This document shows positions 26,077-37,300 of a stretch of 54,836 nt of DNA, one piece after another. Every line of letters starts with the position of its first letter. The stretch's first letter is position 1. The position numbers and the translations under genes are program-made. This DNA is from Paramecium tetraurelia (taxonomy: Eukaryota): assembly GCA_000165425.1 (NCBI GenBank), contig CT867993.1, forward strand, positions 248,001 to 302,836, in the 5' to 3' direction. The notes under the pieces were generated by a model. The model was not told where the DNA came from, made no database searches, and saw only the letters and a list, made by a program, of their open reading frames with translations.

Positions 26077-28501
26077 ATGGATAATTAAATTGAATAAAAG
26101 AGTTTATTCAAAACAAAGTTTAACCACTCCACACGTAACATCTTTCAACAAACTAAATTCACCAAACAACAATTCTTTAGGTATTCAAATAAATTCAAAT
26201 ATCATCCTAGAAGTTCAAGTCAAAATTATTCTCATGAAAAGCTGGAAGTTCTCGAAACGAATAAAGAAGATGAAAAAGATTAATTTGTGTCCTAGCCAAT
26301 CAATTCCTGTTTTGAAAGAGTCCTGGATCGAAAGCATAGCATATAAAGCAATCTTGGTTCCATTAAAGAGCTCTCAGTTTCTGATTAAATAGCCGATCCT
26401 ACCTAATAATAGGATATAAACAACGAGAATGCCGAGTAAAATACCCAATAAAACACACATTCAGTTAGTGGAGCACCTCAAAATACCCTTAGAAATAAGA
26501 GGAAGCTTAAGAGATTACCAAGATTTGATGAAGAACGAGAGCCACCAAAGGTTTAAGATGAATTCAAACTTATCATAATGCCGAATAACAAATACAAGTA
26601 ATTTTGGGATGTGGGTTTGTTTCTAATTCTTATGTAAATTGAATTTATATTTATAGTTATGTGTCTATATTCACGCCCTTCAAGATTGGGTTCGTTTAAG
26701 ATGGAGAGTATTTGGTCTGGGATTACTTGGATAATGCTATTGATTTCATTTTTATGACAGATATTGTACTTACATTCCTGAGTGCGGCATATGATGATGA
26801 AGGCAATTTGGTAACGGAGAGGAAAGCAATAATGCTTAACTACCTCAAAGGATGGTTCATTATTGACTTAATGGTAATTCGTCACTTAACACACAGTCGT
26901 CAATTCCGTTTTACTTTATTTTGAATGATACTTCTCAGAGATACAATAGCATCGCACGTATTTCCAAAGTTCCCAAAATATACAGAGTCATTAAAATGAT
27001 CAAATTGGCAAGGATGTTCAGGTTAAAAGAAATATAATATGTTAAAGTTATCAATATCAACATCGGAAATGAGAGATTTATTCTTGCATTTCTCTTACTC
27101 ATATTTTCATGTCATGTAGTGGGATGTATTTGGTTTTTTGTGGCAACCTTATCTGAAGAAGAGGATTGGGTGTACTTTGAGTCCCATACATTTGATTAAT
27201 ACATAGTCTCCATGTATTGGGCAGTATAAACAGTGTTGACAGTTGGCTATGGTGATATTAAATTCTACTCCTGGTCAACAAGAATTTTTGCGATTGTTTG
27301 GATGTTATCATCAGTTTACGTTTTTTCGTTTGCAGTTGGTTCTCTAGCCTCATTCCTAGACAGATTAGATTAAAATAATCAAATCTACTTAAATCGTTTG
27401 GCCACTCTTAAAAATATAAAACAGGAATTTAAAATATCCAAAAAAATGTTTTTGAAGGTGAAAAGAGAACTCAAACATGGCAAAAGGGATTTTTCATAAC
27501 AATACCATATCCTATTAGATGAATTACCACCAATATTGAAAACAGAGTTGAGTTATATTATGAATAAGCATCTCAAAGAAGAGATAGGGTACTTTCACGA
27601 TAAATCTCAATAATTTATATCAGCAATAGGCCCTTTACTCAAACCAATTAAGTTAGAAGCGAATGAGTTTGTATATTGCACGGGTGATTTAGCAGAGGAA
27701 ATCTATTTTGTGAAAAGCGGAAAATTAGCTATTGTTTTACCTGATTAATAGAATTTTAAATTTATGATGATTAAACCAGGATCATATTTTGGAGAATTAG
27801 ATATTCTATTTTATGGAGAAAAAAGAAAATATACTATAATGACAACTAAGCCTAGTGAATTTTATGTACTTTCTAGAAAAGATTTTAAATCAATTTACTT
27901 ACATTAATTTAGAGATGAAGGCTAAGTCTTAGTGAATGAAGCTTTATAAAGAAAGGTTATGATAAAAAGTGCCTATGATGATGCTCTCAGTTTCTTAGGA
28001 GAAGATACGAATTTGTAATAACCTCGTGTGACAACTCATAAAACTAGTAAATTTAAAGTTGTTGACAACGCAACCAGTCCCTAAGTTGATCCAAAATTAG
28101 TAATTTAATAAAAGACAGAAGATTATAGTAACAATGACGATGGCTTAATTAATTTTGACAAAATATAATTTAAAAAAAAAATTAGTGCTCTTGAAAAATA
28201 AATTAAAATAAAGGATCAAATTATAGCTAATATCCAATAAGAATTGGATGAATTGATGAATCAAATTTAACATTAAGTTAGTGATGATATTATAGGTCGA
28301 TTTAAAATTACAAAAAGTATGGAGGAAATGATGTAACTTAGAAGACAATTAAAAGCAACTAAAAAAATGGAAGAAACAATCAAATCGTAAAGGCAGATTT
28401 ATCGTTCTGCGCATTAGTCTAAATAATTCTAGATTGATTGTCGTAAATATTCAAGCTCTGTTGAATAAGCAAAGTTGCTTAACAGTCTATGGGAAGAATG
28501 A
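26077..28501 (+). CDS. Voltage-gated K+ channel with CNBD (EAG/KCNH/HCN-like superfamily)
   Basis: S1-S3 WDVGLFLIL..DIVLTF..YLKGWFIIDL; S4 ARISKVPKIYRVIKMIKLARMFR; pore SMYWAVQTVLTVGYGDI; CNBD EIYFVKSG..YFGELDILFYGEKRKYT. Introns near 26634 and 26874; TGA 28499-28501. Confidence 0.92.
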
Positions 28502-29085
28502 TGAAATTATTATAATATATATTCTATCTTAATTATCATGTAAGAAATCAATTTAAGTAACAATAATTTTGAATCTGTATCATATTCTAGAATTTTCAGA
28601 AATAAAATTTTGTGAGGATTTTATAAGAAGATTCAATTGGAGTTCAATCAAAATAAAGTTATAATCTAAATATCTAGTTTTAAATTCTTCTGGCAATAAA
28701 ATTTAAATTTCCAAATATTAGACGAATTATATTTTGTTATTCAAATGAAAGAAAAAATCATTTTTGTAAGATTAAATTTTAACTCTTGATAAGCCTATAA
28801 AATTATTCAATGGTATTTTGTATTAATTTATTATCTGACACCTTCTTCTTTAAGTAAATTTTGATTTCATATATCTTAAATATAAATTTTAAGAATTTTT
28901 TTTTCTTCTTACAAGGCAAAATAAGCATAATTCATTTTTTAAATAGTCATTGTCTAAATTATTTTTACCTCGTAAACTAACATAATTAATTAAAAAATTC
29001 TTAATTCCTTTTTTTGTTATAAAAAAATAATTGTTAATTATTATATTTGTAATATCCAGAAATCAAATCATTTTTAATTATAATC

Positions 29086-29343
29086 ATGAATCATCCAAAA
29101 GCTTATTTTACTACTCCTTTGTCAAGATTAGCCAAATAACCCTCTTTTGATACAAGTACTCAAGTGGATAAATGGGATGAAGAGTATTAAGGAGATGAAG
29201 GGGATGAAGTATAAACTTATAAGTCCCCTTTAACAATCATACAATCCCGACTAAATGCAACAATTATTGAAGAGTTTATATTTCAATAAGCTGGCTTATT
29301 GACTAAAAAACAGGATTGGAAAGATGAATTCATTTGGCTCTGA
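29086..29343 (+). CDS. Small hypothetical protein (85 aa)
   Basis: Intronless code-6 ORF MNHPKAYFTTPLSRLAKQPSFDTSTQVDKWDEEYQGDEGDE..KQDWKDEFIWL*, more GC-rich than its flanks. Confidence 0.5.
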
Positions 29344-29983
29344 TATATTTTAAATGTTCCTCTTTATATTATTATCATAAAAACAATCTCAATTCTGACA
29401 AACAATCAATTATCTATCGGACAAAATTTTTGGAAATAAGAGAAAATATTTAATTTATTATTATGCTTGGTCTTAAACAATATATAATACTTTTCATTAG
29501 GAAACTGCTCCTAATGTAAATTTAAATTATAAAAATGCAATGTTAAATATTTTTAAGATTGGGTTTACTTAAAATTCATACCCAAGTCCTGAATTGTATT
29601 TTCAAAGTGTTGGTATTTAGGAAGTATAAAATGTATGTAGTAAATTCATGTATAAACAAGCATAATAACAATTATAAGAAAAGATGTTCTAATCAGTTGA
29701 AGAAGAAATATTTGACTATCTGATAAAGAAAAATATTGCTTGAGAAATAAACATCAGTTTAATTTTGTATTATTTCAATATAGATGCAAAAATGCTTATG
29801 CAAAATTTGCTAGCAATAATAATTATACAAATTGTGATTTACAAACGATAAACTTATAGATGATCATTATGTGTTAATTGGCCTTGGGAAAAACTTATTA
29901 CATAATATGATTTTAATTCAATAATTATATAAATTTAATACTGAATTTCTAATTCATTTTTATTTATTAGTGATTTTAATTTA

Positions 29984-32131
29984 ATGAATTCAGATAATTC
30001 TAAATTAATAATCACCCCTTTAGGAGCTGGTAATGAAGTTGGCAGATCGTGCATTTTGCTCTAATTCTAAGAGAAATAAATTATGGTAGAAGTTATTTTA
30101 TATCTAGTTTGATTGCGGTATTCACATGAATAAAGAAAACAAAGGTGTTATGGCATTACCCTATTTTAATAAAATAGATAAAATCGAGGACATAGATTTA
30201 ATTCTCATAACACACTTTCATCTGGATCATTGTGGTGCTCTTCCTTATTTTCTCAAGAATTATAAATTTAAAGGGAAAATATATATGACTACTCCAACAA
30301 AGGAAATTTATGGTTTGGTTTTGAAAGATTCCATCAAAGTAAAGAGTGAAGATTTTAGTCAAGACCTAATAAATGAATAAAGCATTGAATAATCATTGAA
30401 AAATATTGATTGTATAGATTATGATTAAGAAATTCATTACTAAGGAATTAAATTGAAATGTTACAATGCTGGACATGTGTTAGGTGCTGCAATGTTTATG
30501 GTTGAAATTGATGGTGTTAGAGTTCTATATACTGGAGATTATAGCACAGAAAAAGAGAGGTAAAGTATAATATAAATTTTAAGACATTTAAGACCAGCCT
30601 AATTGCCACTTGAAAAAATTCATGTTTTGATAGTTGAAGCAACATACGGAGATACCTAGCATGAAACTAGAACAAAAAGAGAAGAAAACTTTTTGAAAGA
30701 AATTGTCTCAACCCTAAATGGTGGAGGAAATGTACTGCTTCCTGTTTTCGCTACTGGGAGATGCCATGAGTTGTTGATCATCTTAGATGAATATTGGTCC
30801 AAAAATCCATAAGTTCAATAGTTTCCAATTTATAGCACTTGTACATTAGCCATTAAATGTACACATATTTTTTAGAAACATTTTAATAAATTAGGAAATA
30901 AATATCATAAAGGAGAAAATCTATTCAAATTTAATCATATCAATACAAAGAAGCATTTATAAGATATTCTAAATAATCAAAAACCAAAGGTAGTAATGGC
31001 AAGTCCAGGATTACTTTAATCAGGACATTCAAAATAAATTTATGAATATTGGTGTAAGGATGAGAAGAATTAAGTAATAATTACAGGTCCAGCAGTACAA
31101 GGGACTATTGCTCATCAATTAATACATAATCCAGAGCCAGATATCAAAATTAGACCTGCTTAAATAAGCTTTTCTGCTCATGCTGATTATCTCCAAACTT
31201 CTTCATTTATAGATTCATTAAGACCATAACATGTTATTCTAGTTCATGGAACTTAACATAAATGCAGAGATTTATAAAAGAAGATTGAAATCAATTTTAA
31301 GGATATCGTGGAAAAAGTATGGGCACCAGAAAATTAAAAATAAGTGGAACTGAGTTTTTAAAGAAGCTCTGTTTCTTAAGCCGGATGTAAAGCAATAGGA
31401 GAATTAGGAAATTAGATTGAAAATTTTATAATCACTTTCTAAGAAAAGCATAATTAACATAAAATTGATGAAGAGATTGTCGAATCAATGGCTGATTGCA
31501 TTTGTTGTTCTAATGATCTCTATTTCAATGGTGTGCTTTTGAATACTGAGCATGGTTTTATGCTAGTTGATGAAACTGACAAGGAAACCTTATAACAGTA
31601 TGGCATAGAATAAAATTAAATTTATAACCAAATGTATATTCCTTTATAGTGCTCTCTTGAATAAGTATTTAATTATGTGCAAGAATTGAATCCTGAGGCT
31701 CAATTTCATCCAGATGATAGTTTAATAGTTGTTAAAGATTTAGAAATCAGAGTTCCTGTTTCAAGTGTCTTATTGTAATTTAAGTGGATATCCTCACCAA
31801 AAACTGATGATTTAGCTGATTCATTAGCATTTTTCTTAAGTAATGTCAATTAAAATAAATTGAATGATGAAGAATTGTTAAAAGGTACTCTCTAAATTGA
31901 TATAATTAAATAGATAAACAAAAAGGATTAATAAAAGTACTCTAAAAGACTGAATTTCAAACAGAGATAATAGAAAATAAACTAAATGTGAAAAACAAGA
32001 ATTAAGTTTTCATATAAGTTGATTTAAATACATTGAATCCTTCAGTTGTTGCTGAGGAAACTCAAGAAAACAAAAATATTATCAAAAGAGCCTAAACAAT
32101 TATTGAATCATATTTGAGTTCATATTTATGA
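29984..32131 (+). CDS. CPSF3: CPSF73/CPSF3-like metallo-beta-lactamase beta-CASP endonuclease (divergent)
   Basis: [88 protein letters not shown]. Introns ~30086-30107 and ~30560-30582; TGA 32129-32131. Confidence 0.88.
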
Positions 32132-34353
32132 TTATCAGTGTTTGTAAATTAAATGAATGCATTATTATTGTATTATTTTTGTATATCATTTTCAATAAAG
32201 AGCTTAAATTGCAAGTGTAACTTTTCTTAATGAACAAATAATATGAATTTAGGAATAATTAATTCTTTTAGAATACATTTAAAATTATGTACTTCAATTG
32301 TTAGAAAATTATTAAAAGTAATAAAAGTCAATGATTATTCTCTCAATCTTGCCAGTAAAAGAAAACTTAATAATAGGGTATATTTATTTGTATAATTGTG
32401 TCTAATTTATAAATTAATTATGAATTATAATTATTTAAATCAAAGGAGGATCTTCATTTTGGACAATTTTGAATTTAAATATGTCTCCGATAATAAAATT
32501 CAATAAAATGAAGAAATTTTGTGGATAAAATTGTATTCATTGCATTACAAAGAAAAAATAAGGCTAAATTAAAGAAACTTATTTTAAAATGTAAAATAAA
32601 ATGAATTTTTCATCAAATTCTATGTGAGAGTGAAAACAAAATTAGTAATGATTTCTATTAAGTTTGATGTCTCACCTTTTTTTCCTTCATTTTTTATTTC
32701 ACTTTTATTTTATTAATGATCGTGTCGCCTAGACAATTTTTCCAATATAATTAAATATGAAAGATGAAAGTTTTAGTCGAAAGATAGTGTCGACTTAAAA
32801 TTGCGTTAATAATTAAGATCAGGATGAAAAAATCAAACCAGTAATTCTTCAAAATTTGAGCAATTTTGCTCATTTAGGATGTTTTTCCAAAGATAAATAG
32901 AATAAAACTTTATAATTGGTTTAAAAGAAAAAGAAAGCTGTTAATGGAAGAACTTAGAGATAAAAATAAAGAATATCAATATAAATGTTCAAAATACAAT
33001 TATAACATTAGAGATTGTGTTCATTATTGAGTTTATTAACAATTTTGATGTTGAAGCATTCTAAATAGCTTCAATCTTAAATTGTGAAATTTATTTTTGA
33101 TAAAAGTTTTGATTAGATTTCCCAAAAAATATTTATAAATATGATGTGAACAGACAAAATCATAGCTGAGTTTAGAGGAGAGCATTGATTGTGAACCATA
33201 AAACAATATATTATTAGAATTTAAAATAATAATCAAAACTTTTAATTAGAAATCTGCTTTTCATCACTCTTAATTAAATTTTAATTGAGATAGTTTTTAA
33301 ATAGTTGGTCCTATAACCTCTCTTTATAATTTAAAAGTTAGTTAAGGATATTGAAATTGTAGCACACGACCAGAGAAATGATGCTTTATCAGTCATTTAC
33401 CTTGAATGTAAAAAAATTATAATAATTTAAAATTTGTCATAGTTTATGAAAAAATTTCATCAAATTAAGTTAATTAGTTATTTCTTTTTATTGTATTAAT
33501 TGATAATGAGATTAATTTAAATCCGTGTTAAAGATCAAAAAGAGTTTGTTCATTTTTCGAAAGTGGTATTTTCCAAAACTTTTAAAGTGATTGCTTAAAA
33601 GACATGTATCAAAATGTAAGTAATTTCCAATATATTTTTCGAGAATATTCTATTTTTAGTATTAATAATAAATCAACGGAATTTTATGGAAAATTTCTTG
33701 TTTGGAAACCATTAAAGTTTGTTGTATATTGAATCTGTTAATATTCTAACAATTAACATAACCTTGTAATTTCAATTTGAAACTCAGATTGGAAAATATA
33801 ATATATAATTTGTACTTAAAAAGTTGTTCTCTTCAGATTCTTGACTTCTGATAACACTTTCTTATTATAACGATTTATTTGGTACTTTCTGATAATTTAC
33901 AGACCTTTTTTTTGATTCTGTTTAAAAATTTTATAAATGCCCAAAAACTCTTAGCACTAATGACAGAAATCAGACATAGTCAGACGGAATTACCTTCTTA
34001 AGAAGCTAAAGATAGGCAAGAACCAAATCCATGAATGATGGGCTCGTTTAAGGCATTTTCCAACATTAGTATAGAGATAAATTTCTAAAATAAATGATAA
34101 AAATGCAATATTTATTAAGTTTCGAAGACTGTAGAGAAGAGTGAAGATTAAATATTAGCTTTTTCAATTCTACCCTTAGAATTCAACTAGTTTCAAAAAT
34201 AAATGGTAATTATATTATTAATATGAATTAATGATTAATGTGAATTTTGAGGCTCAATTTATTTAAAAAAAATGAGGTAATTGAAAAAAAAAAAAAATTA
34301 ACAAACTAAATATTTAAAAATTCATTCGATTCAAATTTAATTTTAATACTTTA

Positions 34354-37300
34354 ATGAATTAGAAATTCTTCATACTTTCATTAATGCTTGCATTAGCGGC
34401 AAGCCAGACATACAGTCTAACATCATGCACATGTGCATAATTGTTATCAGAAGGTGATTGTACAAAAAATGCTTCACTTGGATGTTCATGGGATAGCACA
34501 AAGAAGGCATGTGCAGTTTCAACAACACCTGTCACTCCAGTAATGACTTATGCAGCTTATTGTGATACTTTTGCAGAAACTGATTGTCCAAAGGCAAAGC
34601 CATGTACCGATTGTGGTAGTTATGCTGCTTGTGCTTGGGTTGATAGCAAATGTACATACTTCACAGGATGTACAGCTTTTGCCAAAACAACAGACTCTGA
34701 TTGTTAGGCAATTAGCAATAGATGTATTACAGATGGAACTCATTGCGTTGAAGTTGACGCATGTAATACATATAAGAAATAACTTCCTTGTGTCAAAAAC
34801 ACTGCTGGAAGCTTATGTTATTGGGATGCAACAAATAATACTTGCGTTGATGCTAATACTTGTGACAAATTACCAGTAAATTTAGCAACAGATTCAGATT
34901 GCAGAGCCTTGATTTCAACATGCACAACAAAAACAAGGTGGTGGATGTGTTGACAGTGGAAACAATTGCAGTGATTAAACATTAGAAATTTAATGTGTTT
35001 GGAATAAATTAAAAACTACTGCTTGTTATTGGGATGGAGCTGCATGCAAAGATAGAATTTGTGATAATGCACCAACAAGTTTGACTACAGATGATGCTTG
35101 TAAATTATTCAGAGTAGATGGATCATGCACAACTAAAGCAAATGGAGGATGTGTCACTAGAACAACTTGTTCAGCTGCCACCATTTAAGCATCTTGTGTT
35201 AAAAATAGTTCAGGCGGTGATTGCTATTGGAATGGTACTGCATGTGTTGATAAGAATTGTGCAAATGCACCAGTTACAATGACAACTAACTCTGCTTGCG
35301 CAGGATTTGTGACAGGATGTATTACAAAATCAGGCGGAGGATGTGTTGCAAATGGAGCATGTTCAGTTGCTAATGTTTAAGCAGCTTGTGTTAAGAACTC
35401 AAGCAATTAAGATTGTATTTGGGATACAACATGCAAAGAAAAGACATGTGCTAATGCACCAACCACAAATAATACTCACGATCTCTGTACATCGTATTTG
35501 TCAACATGCACCGTTAAAACAGGTGGAGGTTGTTAAAATAGAACTTGTGCTAATGCTCCAGTAACCTTAACAACTAATGATGCTTGTGAAGCTTATTTAA
35601 CTGGAAATAACTGTATCACTAAGAGTGGAGGTGGATGTGTCACAAATACTACATGTGCAGCAATAACATTAGAGGCAGCTTGTGTTAAAAATTCATCAGG
35701 ACAAACTTGCTTCTGGGATTCTGCTAGTTCAAGTTGCAAAGATAAAACTTGTTTAAATGCTCCATCAACTAACACCACACACGACCTTTGTTAAGCATTC
35801 TTAAATACTTGCACAGTTAATTCAACAAGTGCAGGTTGTGTCGAAAAAACATGTGAAAATTCATTAGTTCTTGCTATTTGTGATAAAGATACCAGCAATA
35901 GAGCATGTATTTGGAAAGGAAAGTGCTATAAGAAATAATGTGTGTTGGCTTCATCAGCTACAACCTCTCATGCTGATTGTTAAACTTATTCCTCAGGTTG
36001 TACTTTGAGTAATACAGGTTCAGGTTGCGTAACACTTCCTCTTAAATGTGAGGCTATCACAATTGAAGCCGCCTGTTAAATGAAGTCTAATGGATAACCT
36101 TGTGGATGGACTGGAACTTAATGTATTGATAAGGCTTGCTCTACAGCCTCAAAGACCTTTTCAACTACTACATAATGCTAAACTCATTTATCATCATGTG
36201 TTGCTAATAACCCTGCAACTGTAAATGGATCAGTAACTATTCAAGGATGTTAGGATTTACCAACTACTTGTGCTGGAAGAAAATCATCAGAAAATTGCGA
36301 GATTACTAGAAGTGGATTCCCTACTTGTCTCTGGGTTTCATCTTCCTCAACTTGTGTCGAAAAATCTTGTACTACTGCAAGCACTGTTGGTACAACAGGC
36401 GCACTCTCAACAGGATAATTCTCTTTTGCCAATTGTTAAAATTATATCAGTATTTGTACTACAACTAACGCATAAGGTGTTTGCACTGCAACTTCATATC
36501 CATGCATATCAAATAATGCAGGAGATGGATGTATAGCTAAGCCCTCAAGTTGCTCATCACTTATTTAATCAAATTGTTAAGCAGGTTCCAAATCAACAGG
36601 AGATTGCTACTGGAATGGAGCAGCTTGTGTAGATAAAACATGCGCCAACATTGCCTTAACTACACATAATAGTTGCAACACAACATTAAATACATGTACA
36701 GTTAATAATGGAGCAACTGCATGTTAACCCTTGGCAACTGCATGCACATCTTATACAACTTCAGAAAATTGTAAATTGACTTCAGCTAATAAAAAATGTG
36801 TTTGGACTGGTTTGGCATGTAGAAGTGCAACCTGTGCTGATGCTCCCGATGATAACACCTCTGATACTGATGGAGAATGCTTCAATTACTAAACACCAAG
36901 CGAAACATGCACAGTCGTTTATAAAGTTGGAGCACAAGGATGTGTACCACGATCAGCTAATTGTACAGACTATATGACACAAGCTTAATGCCATAAAACA
37001 CTCACAAATTTAACAGCAAATGATGATTGTAAATGGATTGTTGATAAATGTTATGCTACATCTAGCTTTGCTTCTGGAGCTTGCACATCTTTCAAAGGAA
37101 CTTAAACAATGTGCTAAGGATATAGAGTTGGATGCACAAATACTAATTCAGCAACTTCTTCTACTGCTTGTACTTTGGATTGTACATTAAAAACTGGAAC
37201 GGGCTTAGCATTTTCAGATTGCTAAGCTGTAGATACTACATGCTCAGTAAATAGTACTGGAACTGGATGCATAGCTATATAATCTGCCTGCACAGGATAT

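Noticed and set aside
6219..28501. Apparent Ca2+/ion-signalling gene cluster (two CNBD channels, IP3R, EF-hand, MORN)
   Set aside because: These families are greatly expanded in Paramecium and are interspersed with unrelated genes; co-location is expected by chance.
29540..29743. Short ORF with FKIGFTQNSYPSPELYFQSVG, faintly actin-like
   Set aside because: Only ~67 codons, no other actin motif, ends at TGA; cannot be supported.
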